Part shown: piece by piece, positions 1-12,664 of the stretch | Position numbering within the stretch: the stretch's first letter is position 1 | How the letters are laid out: every line of letters begins with the position of its first letter | From: Macrostomum hystrix | Lineage: Eukaryota > Animalia > Platyhelminthes | Direction: 5' to 3' | Assembly (NCBI GenBank): GCA_950097015.1 | Contig: CATNEN010000008.1 | Location: 1,364,001-1,428,000, forward strand | DNA: 64,000 bases | Notes under the pieces: generated by a model | Databases searched by the model: none | What the model was told of the DNA's origin: nothing | What the model saw: the letters and a program-made list of their open reading frames with translations, nothing else | Program-made: the position numbers and the translations under genes

Positions 1-284
1 AGGATTTGGGGGAGCTGACGGAACTACCAGAGGATTTGGGGGAGCTGAAGAATCTACCAGAGGATTTGGGAGAAGTTGACGAGTTTACCAGAGGATTTGG
101 GGGAGCTGACGGATCTACCAGAGGATTTGAGGGAGTTGACGGATCTACCAGAGGATTTGAGGGAGTTGACGGATCTACCAGAGGATTTGGGAGAAGTTGA
201 CGAGTCTACCAGAGGATTTGGGGGAGCTGACGGATCTACCAGAGGATTTGGGGGAGCTGAAGAATCTACCAGAGGATTTGGGAG
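1..284. repeat. 30-bp minisatellite (dynein intron)
   Basis: Unit aggatttgggggagctgacggatctaccag. Confidence 0.95.
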
Positions 285-343
285 TGGGTATTTTAAAACC
301 CCCCATGGTCTACTGTTAAAAATCTTGCAAACGTCATCCCCAG

Positions 344-2091
344 ATTCGCGATCGCCTTCGCAAGATGGAGCAGCAGCATCGACCGTTGAACATCTTCTTG
401 CGCGTAGAGCTTGACACAATGCGCCGATTGCTCAGTAGAGCACGCGCCGAACTCTCCGCTCTGGCCTGTGCTGGACCCGACGCCGCCTCAGCCGCTACTG
501 ACCTCTCCGACGCCGAGCTGGCAGTTCTTGAAGCCCTTCGGCAGCGTCAGGTGCCGGTCGATTGGCTGCGAATTGCTTGTAATGACAGCATCGAAATCGG
601 CGGAAGCCTGGCCGTCTGGCTCTCCGATCTGCGCGAAAGGCACGCTCAGCTGCGAAGCTGGCTGCTCGAAGGCCGCCCGCCGGCGGCTCACTGGCTGCCC
701 GGCTACTTCCGTCCGGCGGCGTTTCTCACCGCGCTGCGGCAAGAGGCGGTGCGAGCCAGGCGCGGCTGGTCGCTGGAAACCGTGCAGCTGGCCAGCGATG
801 TGACTCGCCTGTCCAAGTGAGCGCCAGGACTCCCTGGGGATCGGAAGTTTCCCCACATAGTTTCTAGGAATCAGGAGATTTCCCCATGGTTTCTTGGAAT
901 CGGGAGACTTCCTAAATGGATTCTAGGAATCGGGGGATTTCCTCAATTGATTCTAGGAATCGGGGGATTTCCTAAATTGATTCTAGGAATCGGAGGATTT
1001 CCTAAATGGATTCTAGGAATAGGAAGATTTCCTAACTGGATTCTAGGAATCTTGAGATTTCTTAAATGGTTTCTAGGAATGGGGGGATTTCCTAAATGGA
1101 TTCTAGGAATCGGGGGATTTCCTCAATTGATTCTAGGAATCGGGGGATTTCCTAAATTCATTCTAGGAATCGGGGGATTTCCTAAATGGATTCTAGGAAA
1201 AGGAAGATTTCCTAAATGGATTCTAGGAATCTGGAGATTTCCTAAATGGATTCTAGGAATCGGGGGATTTCCTCAATTGATTCTAGGAATCGGGGGATTT
1301 CCTAAATGGATTCTAGGAATAGGAAGATTTCCTAAATGGATTCTAGGAATCTTGAGATTTCTTAAATGGATTCTAGGAATCGGGGGATTTCCTAAATGGA
1401 TTCTAAGAATCAGAATATTTCCTAAATGGATTCTAGGAATCGGGGGATTTCCTAAATGGATTCTAGGAATCGGGGGATTTCCTAAATGGATTCTAAGAAT
1501 CGGAATATTTCCTAAATGGATTCTAGGAATCGGGGGATTTCCTAAATGTATTCTAGGAATCGGGGGATTTCCTAAATGGATTCTAGGAATCGGGGGGATT
1601 TCCTAAATGGATTCTAGGAATCGGGAGATTTCCACGTGGATTCTAGGAATAGGTGGATTCCCCACATGGGTTCCAATTTTCGCGGGACCAGTTCTGGAAG
1701 AAAGCTTCTATCCACTCCGTTTTTTTCAACCGTCGCGCGCAGAGAGGAGACCCACGTCGCACCGCCCGACGGTGTCTTCGTCCACGGCCTGTCGCTTGAC
1801 GGTGCCGGGTGGGACAGGCGCAACTGCCGCCTGACGGAGCCAGCCCCGAAGTCCGGGCCGACGCAGCTGCCGCTGGTGCACCTGTTTGCCGTGTCTGGCA
1901 TCTCCGCCGGCGGAGGGGTCGCCACCGGCCTGTACGAGTGCCCGGTGTACACTCGACCCGAGCGAAGCCATCGGACTCAGCTGTGCTGCCTCCAGCTGCG
2001 AAGTCAGCGAGAACCGGAGCACTGGACGCTGCGTGGCGTCGCCGCTGTGCTGACGTCAGCCGGCGCGACCGCCTGTGACACTGGAAAGTGA
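344..2091 (+). CDS. DNAH5: Axonemal dynein heavy chain (outer-arm DNAH5/DNAH8-like), last two coding exons: 344-816 and 1743-2091
   Basis: Exon after the cag at 341-343 reads IRDRLRKMEQQHRPLNIFLRVELDTMRRLL...HWLPGYFRPAAFLTALRQE...WSLETV. Donor aa|gtgagc at 817 (phase 2) joins acceptor gcag at 1742 into KEETHVAPPDGVFVHGLSLDGAGWD...YECPVY...HWTLRGVA...CDTGK*. This matches the known dynein heavy chain C-terminal domain. DNAH5 vs DNAH8 assignment is not resolvable by eye. Confidence 0.92.
861..1665. repeat. 30-bp minisatellite (last dynein intron)
   Basis: Unit ttctaggaatcgggggatttcctaaatgga, about 27 copies. Confidence 0.95.
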
Positions 2092-2167
2092 CGGAAGAAA
2101 ATTGACTGTCATTTTTTAACTGACGTCAGATTTTTAATCAATCTATCACTTTTACTATACATACTAG

Positions 2168-2425
2168 TAGGCTACAATCACTAGTTCACGACTTGTAGGT
2201 CGCGAGTTCGATTCCCGACTCCACTGGAAGGATTAATCGATTAATTAACAGTTAATACAGCTGTTAAATAGGTACCAGCATTAGCTAGGGTAATTGAGGG
2301 TGGGTGTGGCGTCCACCCCCAGTCCATGGACTGAACAGCTGTACGCAGCATTCAGATGCGCCGCGCAATAGCTGCCGCACGCACATCTGGCCCAATTGGG
2401 ACAGGTATGACAAATTTCTATAGTT
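2168..2425 (+). mobile_element. tRNA-derived SINE copy A
   Basis: B-box gttcgattcc at 2206 followed by cgactccactggaa, cagctgttaaataggtacc and cccagtccatggactgaacagc. These blocks are shared with 12838-13045. Confidence 0.7.
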
Positions 2426-2904
2426 CAATACAATAACGCAAGGATCATTGGGCTAGAAGCATAATCTTGTTCGAGTTTATTCTATTTTAAGTTACCTAAA
2501 TTAACATCATTTTTTATTTTATGCTGTAAACCTTTTCTGAAACTAAGAAAGCTAAAGAGTTACATTAAAAAAATCTAAAACTTGACTAAAACAGCCTTTC
2601 ATTAACCGAAATTTCGTTTTTTGCTTAAGTTAATCCGACACACTTATTTTAATCAGAAACCATTTTTTAAGATCAATCTAAGGTCAAACTTTAGTGAGAC
2701 CTATCGATGCGAGTTTTAATTGAACTTGGTTGCAAAAAAGGCTGATGAAAATCGTTAATTACTCAGATAATTATCGCAGTATCAGTGTCTTGGCTTCTTT
2801 TCATGGCTTCTAGTCACGCGCTTCCTAGTTGCAGAAAACTGATGAAACTAGTCAAAGATTGACATTTTGAGTTTTGAGTCATGAAAATGCTTTACTAGAT
2901 TAAT

Positions 2905-3150
2905 GAAGACTTGAATAAGACTTGAGTAAGACTTGAGTAAGACTTGAATAAGACTTGAGTAAGACTTGAGTAAGACTTGAGTAAGACTTGAATAAGACTT
3001 GAGTAAGACTTGAATAAGACTTGAATAAGACTTGAGTAAGACTTGAGTAAGACTTGAATAAGACTTGAGTAAGACTTGAGTAAGACTTGAGTAAGACTTG
3101 AGTAAGACTTGAGTAAGACTTGAGTAAGACTTGAGTAAGACTTGAGTAAG
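2905..3150. repeat. 11-bp minisatellite
   Basis: Unit ga(g/a)taagactt. Confidence 0.95.
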
Positions 3151-3229
3151 AAGCAAAATCTATTTTGAGTAGACTTACTACGGGCCATCATGATGTCAAG
3201 AAAGTGAAGTTGTCGTTCAGCTTACACCG

Positions 3230-3432
3230 ACAAGGGCCAAGCCACAAGGAGTGTACAGAGTGCAGTGAGAGTGTACACTGCCTGACAAATAATCATTTTG
3301 CTGCAGCCAGCGAGGAAGCAATTCTGCTCATTCTGCTGACTACTGAGCACACACACACACACACAGGTGAGTACATCTGCCCTGACTTTCTCATCGCCAA
3401 GCCGAATGAATGTGACCTCACCGCGGAATCGA
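3230..3432. mobile_element. Dispersed repeat family member (related segments at about 22828-22920, 49636-49800 and 53700-53760)
   Basis: cagtgagagtgtacac is identical at 3263 and 22859. The reverse complement of 3371-3387 (agtcagggcagatgtac) is identical at 22891. gtgtgtgctcag(t/g)agtcag is shared with about 49770. Confidence 0.55.
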
Positions 3433-3445
3433 ACTTAAGGACCGA

Positions 3446-3927
3446 AGAGATGAGGAGAGAGATGAGGAGAGAGATGGGGAGAGAGATGGGGAGAGAGATG
3501 CGAGAGAGATGGGGAGAGAGATGCGAGAGAGATGGGGAGAGAGATGCGAGAGAGATGGGGAGAGAGATAGGAGAGAGATGGGGAGAGAGATGGGGAGAGA
3601 GATGGGGAGAGAGATGGGGAGAGAGATGGGGAGAGAGATGGGGAGAGAGATGGGGAGAGAGATGGGGAGAGAGATGGGGAGAGAGATGGGGAGAGAGATG
3701 GGGAGAGAGGGGAGAGATGAAGAGAGAGGGGAGAGATGAAGAGAGAGATAAAGAGAGAGGTGTGGAGAGAGATGGGGAGAGATGGGGAGAGAGAGGTGTG
3801 GAGAGAGATGGGGAGAGGGATGGGGAGAGAGATGGGGAGAGAGATGGGGAGAGAGATGGGGAGAGATGGGGAGAGAGAGGGGGAGAATTGGAAGAGATGG
3901 GGAAAGATGAAGACAGAGATGGGGAGA
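3446..3927. repeat. 12-bp purine-rich minisatellite
   Basis: Unit ggggagagagat. Confidence 0.95.
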
Positions 3928-4540
3928 AGATATTTATGGCCATCTCATTGATACATTTCGGCTTAAAAATGTGTCATTCAACTACAAGCTGGTATTTTTT
4001 CTAACATAATTTAAGCAGTCACTGGCAATCATCGTCCCATTTCGTTTTCGGCTTAACAAACTCTGAAAAGCTAGTTTTTGGTCGAAATTTGTGCAGTAGT
4101 ATGCATATGACGATTACATAATCATCGCTCGCTGCTTTTTAATGAAGAATTGAGAAACCGAGCAAGCTAAACGCGATATAGTCTAATACGAGTTTGCTTT
4201 TGTCGTTGGATGCGTGGGAGCATTTGATTGGGAGAGAAAATAAGAGAGAAGAGAGAAGAGAGAGCGAGTTTGAGTTGCATATACTCAAGAGTATGAAAGT
4301 TCGTGTGCTTTTCATTTTCACAGAACTGCCGCTTTCGCCGTTGGTGCTGTGTGTGGCCATACTGTCGTGCGTGTTTATGATGTAATCAACACTTTTGTTA
4401 GAAGTGAGAAACACAGAGAGCGCGATTGTTGGGTGAGAGATTTGGTCTAGATCTCATGCAAGTATTTTTTCCAGATCTTTATTTTTATTAAAAATTCTTA
4501 TCGCAGATCTTCATTTATTATATGAATTATTATATTGGGT

Positions 4541-5021
4541 GAGAGATGGGGACAGATGTGGGGAGAGAGATGGGGACAGATGTGGGGAGAGAGATGGGGA
4601 CAGATGTGGGGAGAGAGATGGGGACAGATGTGGGGAGAGAGATGGGGACAGATGTGGGGAGAGAGATGGGGATAGATGTGAGGAGAGAGATGGGGACAGA
4701 TGTGGGGAGAGAGATGGGGAGAGATTTGGGGAGTGAGGTAAAGGGAGAGAGATGGGGAGAGAGATGGGGAGAGAGATGGGGAGAGAGATGGGGAGAGAGA
4801 TGGGGAGAGAGATGGGGAGAGAGATGGGGAGAGAGATAGGGAGAGAGATGGTGAGAGAGATGGTGAGAGAGATGGGGAGAGAGATGGGGAGAGAGATGGT
4901 GAGACAGATGGGGAGAGAGATGGGGAGAGAGATGGGGAGAGAGATGGGGAGAGAGATGGGGAGAGAGATAGGGAGAGAGATGGAGAGAGAGATAGGGAGA
5001 GAGATAAGGAGAGATATGGAG
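4541..5021. repeat. 24-bp then 12-bp purine-rich minisatellite
   Basis: gagagagatggggacagatgtggg x about 7, followed by ggggagagagat units. Confidence 0.95.
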
Positions 5022-6115
5022 AGAGCCTTACAGAGGTACCAAACGTAGTTAATAAGTCATCCCGATGCGCGTACATTACTTCGTCCAAATTTCGCGCAAT
5101 ATTTTTACGGCTGGCTAGTTTTTAACTCATAACTTATTGGCGTTATGAGTTCAGACATTTTTTGTACCGTTATTGTGGAGTAGATTTCATGAACAGTCTC
5201 AGAGACTACATAAAATTTCAGCTGTTTGCAAATTGCTTTGTTACATTAAGCATTAAAAAATGGTTTGCCTTCTTTTTTGGAATTTTAGAATTTATATTTG
5301 TTACATTTTGTTACAATAAAATAAAATTGCGCAGACCAGAAAATATATAGGAGCTATGCTAAAAATTTAATATATTCACACGCCCTCGAGGCTGCTAAGG
5401 GCCTCTCATCAGTCATTGGCTGACTGACTAGCCAATAGGAGAAGGCCTAGAGAGTGGTCATAAAGTCCTAAGCCGTGTGTGTTGGCCAGCGAGAGAAATC
5501 CTGACACACAATTTAGGCACCTAATAGTGCTGAGATTTCTTCACTGCTTGGCCTAGGTGACGTATAATGTAGAGAGAGTTATATTTGCTATATAGGTCAT
5601 CAATTTTAATCGTTGAATAAGAAATCACTGCAAAGTCTGCATCGACTGCTGTTCTTTCGCAATAAGCCACTTTTTTTAGGTAAGGTTTGGGGCATGAATT
5701 TTTTAATCAACTCAAATGATTTGTGGTTCTCGATGGTCGTGATTGATTGGGCAGTAATATTCTGGCATTTCCCACACCATTTTTTGCCAATTGCCTAAAT
5801 CCTAAGTGTAAATAATTGATAGACAGTCAGTAGCAGCTAAATATCCAGTGAAAATATTCCCATATCTCTAGCAAGATCTATAAGGGAGATTCATTTTTAA
5901 CCATCGTTCTTTAGACGCGGACTTTCTGTGAGTCAGGGATCAGATCCCTATTTTGTTCTCCAATTACTAAATTAGCTTTCTGCTTTTGTATGAATTTTTT
6001 ATGTTTTATTTTTCCCTTCTAACCGAAAGTCTTGTGTATACTAGATAAATGAAATATCTATGAAATGAAATAAACCTTTTTAACAATTTTTTTGGACATA
6101 AGTGAAGTTTTTTTA

Positions 6116-6979
6116 GTCCTTGGCCAGCTCAGTCCTAGAAAAGTGAGTTTGATTTAGTCAGCACTCGGGTTTACCGTAGACAATAGTAGAGAAATGATAT
6201 CGATTTAGTCAAGTCCCGCGTTTTTAAACAGTTCCATGACTTGATTTTAGTCAAACGTGAATTTTATTTAGTCATCATGGCGGCAGCTGTAGGCATTCGC
6301 AGAGTTACAATCTATGAGCAGGACCGGCGAAGACTCATCGACGCCTTTTTGGCAATGTCGATTGGCAGCAACTAGCGAGACAGCTGAACATTCCACGTCA
6401 GCCTGCCAGAAATGTTATCGTTAAATACGAACAAAGTGGACGCGTTCCGGCATTGAGATAAGGTGGAAATAAGCCAAAAGCTATAACTGAAGCTATGCTC
6501 GACAGCCCTGTTGAATTTGTTGGTGAAACACCCACCATGACGCTCAATGACATGCGGCAGCTAGGCGACAGGAACGCTGCAAACGCACTTGGCATCAATC
6601 TACAAGAACACCGCGCCCGCATTCTTGAGCGCGAACATGAGTCGAGTATGGCAGCTGTCACACAGCCTCACTGCGAAGCCTGGCATCGTGAGAGCCTTCG
6701 GTACATAACCCGCTGCATTGCCATGGAAGACATTGTTGATTAAATTGAAAAGGGGAAGTGTCGTGACATAAAGTTTTTGGTTTTCGTTGTTCTTGTTTAA
6801 GCTTTCGGCTCATGGCTATAACGAATAAATAAAATTCACTTTGACCTAATAAAATATACAAAAAAACTGATTTAGAGGGACTTGACTAAATCGATATCAT
6901 TTCTTTACTATTGTCTACGGTAAACCCCGAGTGCTGACTAAATCAAACTCACTTTTCTAGGACTGAGCTGGCCAGGGAC
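6116..6979 (+). mobile_element. Internally deleted IS630/Tc1-mariner-type DNA transposon with about 100-bp TIRs
   Basis: TIRs gtcc(t/c)tggccagctcagtcctagaaaagtgagtttgatttagtcagcactc...gatttagtcaagtccc at 6116-6216 and 6877-6979, flanked by TA. Internal remnants read HTH-like RRVTIYEQDRRRLIDAF / WQQLARQLNIPR...GRVPALR*GGNKPK...VGETPTMTLNDMRQL and C-terminal HCEAWHRESLRYITRCIAMEDI. The DDE core is absent, and there is a frameshift and a stop. Confidence 0.8.
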
Positions 6980-8112
6980 TAAATAAGCTTCACTTATGTC
7001 CAAAAAAATTGTTAAAAGGTATAGTATTGGACTAGAATCTTCTGCTTTCGGGAGCAGCAGCAGCAGCAGTGAACTACAACGCACACATCCAACAATTGTG
7101 CTGCTTAATTTCTTCTCTCTTATTCAAGCAAGCAAGATTTTAGACTCCAGGATGCGGGTAAATTCAGGGCAGTGCACAATGAGCAGGCATTTCTAAAGGA
7201 TTTGTGTGTGAGGGGAATTTTCCCACTTCCATTTGCTCTTCTCATCTCATCTTTTGAACGGAATTGGAAATCTACTGGGTCCTAGTTGGAATCGCCTGTA
7301 ATATAGGAAAGAAAGAATTGCCCCACTCACCCCAGACGACTTGTCAATCTTTGAGTAGACTGATTTGGAATGCTTCTGTTCCTTCTCTCTGACCAACGGG
7401 TCTCGGTGCTCAGCACTCAATGGGACAGCATTCTAAACGCAGTAATTGTTCAGAACAGACTGACAACTGCTCCGCCCAACCACAAGATCCTAAGATCTTT
7501 TTTAAAGTGCCCATCTAAAGCCCAATTGTGTATTGACAACCTGGTGCGTTATTTAAGTGCGTTTCCAAACGCAATCGAAATCTCTCTCTTTTATTGGCGG
7601 AAAAAACTAATTGGCAGACAGAAACACTATTCCCGAGGCTTACTCAATTACCTGAGACTGAGAACCTATTGCTGCTTTAGTCAGTTAAGTGTAGATCAAT
7701 AGATCTACACTTAATATTGCACAGTTTGGTTGGCACTTCGCCGGACACCCAAAATCGCAAAGTTTGTTTGACTTTACTTAATATATCTCTCTCTTGTCCC
7801 ATTGAGGGTCCTCTATCTTCAACCGTTAGCGGCTGTGTCATCTCTTCACTCAAATAGCAGCGAAAGCCTCTATATAGACGGTTTGAATGTAGGCTAGAAA
7901 AAGTCAGAGCTCAGAGCAAACTCAAGCAATCTTTAATTAATCGACTGGACTGCTGAGTAGTCAACTCAAACTTTGAGTTTGAGTTTGAGTCTGAGTGTTT
8001 GAGTCTTTTTCTGTGCACCTAATACTTGGCTATTATAAAAAAGCGATTCTCGCAACAGTGGTGCCTTTTTTATCACATTCCATCGCAGATTTCAACGCTA
8101 AGAGGATCAAGG

Positions 8113-11100
8113 ATGTTGGTAAAAATATTCCTATTGCTTCTGCTATTTCACCTGGCCCGTTGCGCTTCACAATCCGTGATCTACCTGACCAGACAGACGA
8201 TTCGCGAAGGTAATAGCAGGGAGTTTCGGTTAGATGCTTTGTCGCTCGTCCGTCTCGATATGCCCGACGCCGTGCGAATCGGCTTCTACAAATCTGCGCC
8301 GCCATTCGCCATCGAATCCGAGAGCGTCGTTGTGCTGCACGGCCCGCTGGACCGCGAGCAGCTGTGCAAGCCGCCGCAGAGACCGTCGCCTTGCGCAGAC
8401 GAGGACGCGAGACTCGGCGTCGCGGTCGGTGGTGTCGGCAGCGGCCCAGCCTCCGACTGCTGCGTGCTGCTGCGCCTCGAAGCTCGATCGGCCGGCAGCT
8501 CCAGCGTCCGCGAGTTCAACATCCGGCTAGACATCGAAGATGTCAACGACTCGCCGCCGGTGTTCGACATGTACGCCGAGCACTCGCGCAGTTTCAGCGA
8601 GGGCGAGGGCTCGGCTGGCCAGGAGCTTCGCCTGCCGAGCGCCACGGACGCGGATAGCGTTGAAAACGGCATCCTGGAGTATCGCCTGGCGGATAAGCGG
8701 CCGAACAGCTCCGTGTTCGATAGCTACTTCAGCTTAGTCGACGCTTCCGGTTTGATGTTAAATCTCGAGCCGAAGCTGCGACTGATCCGTTCGTTGGACC
8801 GTGAGCAGGTGGCCCAGTTCTCTTTTGCCCTGCTAGCCGTCGACAGGGGCCGGTCGCAGTTGACCGGCAGTCTGTCCTTCACCGTCTTCGTCACGGACAT
8901 TAACGACCACGCGCCGGAGATCGTCAACTTGCAACCCGGCCGGCGACTTCGCATCAACGAAACGGATGGTCGGTACGGCAAACTCACCGTAGCCACTTTC
9001 GACGTGGTAGATCCTGACTTTGGCGAAAATAGTCGCGTTGCCTGCATGATCCGCTCGGCGACGGGTTTTACTACTCGAGCGGAGCGCTTCTTTGAGGTCG
9101 GCATAGCACCTGGCAGACGGCACAGCGCCTCCCCTGTGCGGTCTACAAACGGTCTCACCAAGTGGGAGCTGCGATCAATCGGACAACTGGACTACGAGGA
9201 GGTCCGCCTGTTCAGCTTCAGCATCGTGGCCAGCGATAGCGGCTCTCCTCGCCTCTCCAGCAGCGTCTCAATGACCGTCGAGCTCATCAACATCGACGAC
9301 CATCCGATGCAGATCAGTTTCCGCAGCCACGGCGGCCAAAAGCAACGCGTCGAAGTCCTGGAAAATCAGGCGCCCGGCGTCAACGTGGCCTCTGTTGAGG
9401 TCCGTGATCGAGACATTGAGCAGCCGTCCGAATACAGACGCATTGAGTGTCGACTGGGCCACACAAGCCAGCAGTACTTTTGCTTGGAGGAGAAGCCGCT
9501 CATCGAAATGCGGGAATTCCGTCTGCGCACAACTGTGACGTTCGACCGCGAGTTGCATGCAGTCTACCAGGTGTTTGTCAACTGCCGCGACATGGACTCG
9601 AGCGCCACCGCCACCGCAACTCTAGAAGTCATTGTTGGCGACCTTAACGACAATCCAGCGCTGCTCAGCTCCGCCGCATATCGCGGCCGTGTCGAAGAAA
9701 ACTGCCAACGAAGAACTCTTGTTGCCATGGAGACTCAAATCGATGCTAAAGACTCTGACACCTACCCGAACAATCAGATTCTTTATCGAATCGTCAGTGG
9801 CGATGGTCAGGAGCCCCTGCCATTCAGCATCAGCGCAAAGGGCGAGCTGTACACCGAAGCCGATCTAGACTACGAGCGGCGCAGGTCCTACACCTTCAAC
9901 GTGACGGCCTACAATCAGAACAACGAGAGCCAATCTAGCACCGCCGAGGTTCGCATTGACGTCGTCGACATGAATGACAATCCGCCAGTAATAGTCGGCC
10001 ATGATATTGGTTATCGGTTCTCAGTGCTGGAGGAAGCCGCACCACTTAGCGTCGGCTTCATCAACGCAACCGACGAAGACACTCAGCCGGAGAATCGACT
10101 GTTGAAGTTCCGCATCTTGTCGCCAGGCGACCGACAGTACGGCCAGCCTCCGCCGGGATTTTTCTACACGCCGGAAACACAGAAGTACTTTACCATTGAC
10201 CAGCGCACCGGCGAGCTCCGGGTTCTGTCTCGCATCGACCGGGAGACGCATCCGCATTTTCAATTCTGCGTACTCGTTGAAAATCAGCGACCACTGCAGC
10301 CGGCGCCGAGGCTCGGCCAGCTGGTTCAACAGCAGGGAACTGTCTCGCCATCCGTCACTACTGTCTATGTGCAGGTGTGTCTGCACTAGGGACTTCTTTA
10401 TCAATTATGGGAGTATTTTTGGTCTAGTCTCCTTGGTTGCAAGCAGTAGCACCTGGCCCATACCGTGTTATAATCGCTGATCATTTTCGTACCCTCAACA
10501 GGTGATCAACGTCAACGACCATCCGCCCCGGCTGTGCCGACAGACCTCGGCCGATTCGCCTCACTCTCCGTCATCCGCGGCTCGCTCGTCAGCCTCCTGC
10601 TCGGAGCCGCTGGCACCGATCACGATCCACTTCGGCGAGTCTGTCGGCATCGCCGTCGGCCACGCCGTCCGCGAGCCCAAGTGCGTCGTCTTCCCCTACG
10701 AGGTGCGCGACGCAGACGACGATCAACCGACCCTGCCAGCTGAGTTCACTCCAAGGCTGGAGAACCTCACTGAACTGGTGGAGGGTCGCTTGGTGCAGGC
10801 GCCGGAGGTCGAATTCAGCCTCGAAGGTCCGCAGACGCTCTGCCTGCGCCGGCTGCCCGTGTCGCAGCTGGAGCGTCAGGAGTTTCGCATGCGGCTCCGA
10901 CTTGAAGACGCCCGATCGCCGGGGCACACCCGCAGCTACGAGTGCCGGGCTCTGATTGTTCGCCTGCGCCAGCCGCCCCCGCCGCCACCGGGCGCGACGG
11001 AGCCGGAGGGCGGCCGACGAAATGGCGCTGCGGATCAGTTCGCCGAGGCGGGAGCGGCAGCCGACAGGCGCCACTTTGTCATCGTGGTGTCGCTGGTCAC

Positions 11101-11183
11101 CATTGTGGTGTTTCTCATTGTGTTCGCATTCGCATTTGTACTTTTCTTCTACGTTAGACGGCTCGATAATTCTCTGGATAAAG
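8113..11183 (+). CDS. Protocadherin (7 extracellular cadherin repeats, delta-type-like), exons 1-2: 8113-10374 and 10502-11183
   Basis: Signal peptide MLVKIFLLLLLFHLARCA. Repeated cadherin motifs (LDRE/LDYE, DxD, DxND[N/H]xP: DVNDSPP, DINDHAP, NIDDHPM, DLNDNPA, DMNDNPP, NVNDHPP). Phase-0 intron cag|gtgtgt 10375 to caacag 10501. TM helix HFVIVVSLVTIVVFLIVFAFAFVLFFYV. Donor aaag|gttcgt at 11184. Confidence 0.95.
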
Positions 11184-11269
11184 GTTCGTCTAAACAATTA
11201 GCACAAGGAGTAAATTTGCTATCGTGTATACGAGTATAGGCGGAAAATATTAGAAGCCATGGGGCAACA

Positions 11270-11458
11270 TTTCCGCAATGTACAGTCATTTCCAACCAGC
11301 CTGCCCTATCCCTTTCCGCAGTGTACAGCCACTCCGAACCCAGTCTGTCCTATCCCTTTCCCCGATGTACAGTCACTCCCAACCAGCCTGTTCTATCCCT
11401 TTCCCCAATGTACAGTCACTCCCAACCAGCCTGCCCTATCCCTTTCCGCAGTGTACAC
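11270..11458. repeat. About 43-bp tandem repeat (protocadherin intron 2)
   Basis: aatgtacagtcactcccaaccagcctgccctatccctttccgc x about 4.5. Confidence 0.9.
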
Positions 11459-11949
11459 TTCAAGTGTGCATATACTATCGAAGTTAAAAAATGCCATGGT
11501 GTCACAGAAAATCCAAAAAAGTCTGTTTATTCTAAATTTTCTGACTTGTCTAGCATAAAAAATGGACAAAACAATCAGTCACATTCCGGTAAAAAATTTT
11601 GGCTACCATAGCAATAAGCCAATAGATCGAAGATGGAACACTTCTTGTAATGCAAACAAAAGCTTTCACTTCTATTGATCTTTTTTATGTTCTCCTGTTT
11701 TCTACCTCGCTTTGTGCCTGCCTGTTGTCAAACGGTTCCAGAATTGCATCGTTCAGGTCAGAAAGTGAGTGAGAGTGAATGAGTGCGGACATTCGATACT
11801 TAGCCCTATTTACAGTCCCAGCCAGGCTATCACTATAGTCGGTGGCTTTGTTTAAAATCAGTGTTTAAAATGGTTCAACTTTATTAGTTTTCAAATGATA
11901 TCCCAAAACCCAACCATATGCTGGGCAGGGAGGACACACAGATGAAAAT

Positions 11950-11983
<34 letters not shown>

Positions 11984-12664
11984 AAGTTTTGCAGAAAACA
12001 GCGAGCTTATCTCGCTGAGTTTAGCGCCAGGGGACATTCAAAGGGTAGTCGAATGTTATACATTAGATCGCATATATAAATATGCTATAAGATATTTAGA
12101 TATAGATTAAAATAAAGCACATCCGGAAGCCATGCAGTCGGAAATCTCGCACGCATTCACTCTCTCGGAGTTCTTGAGTGTTTAGTAAACGCTAGACAGT
12201 CAGGGAGAGAGAGAGAAGGAAGGTCCTCTTGGCGGCTCTGATGAAACCACTTTTCTGGCATAAACAATGGGCAAAAAGAATGGGCATTCGCTATTGGCAG
12301 AGGATCTTTTGGGATAAAAATGAAGTGAAGCCAGCGGTAAGCCCCCCTATATCCGGGGCAGTGTCAACAACCGCAGCGGGATGGCTGCCCCCCGTCGGGC
12401 CCTGCGGACTGTCGAATGGCCAGGAGCCTTTTCTGGGGGGATAAACAAAACCTTGGATAGCTAAGCCTCACGCCGGGGAATCGGGCGGACGATTTCTGGA
12501 AGATCCCTGACTGATGCTTGGTGTTGTCAACTAGCTGAGATTTAGTCTGTAGCAGCTTGTCCTCTTAGAATGCAGAAGCTATGACTTCATGGTGAGTCTA
12601 GGAATTGTAATTACTATAGATTTAGTGTTTATTTACACTGCCATATCACGCACCGACTTCTCAG

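Noticed and set aside
2195-2225. Possible tRNA genes at the gttcgattcc motifs (2206, 12883) and gttcgaat motifs (about 32605, about 34645)
   Set aside because: No complete cloverleaf or acceptor stem is present. The first two continue into shared SINE body sequence.
8026-8112. Upstream extension of the protocadherin ORF (ORF-track start 8026)
   Set aside because: The start is non-ATG, a splice acceptor lies at 8088, and the signal peptide begins at ATG 8113.
8234-11197. Overlapping alternative-frame and antisense ORFs across the protocadherin, NCAPH, METTL13 and RPL21 exons
   Set aside because: These are expected shadows of GC-rich coding sequence, with no independent homology or splice support.
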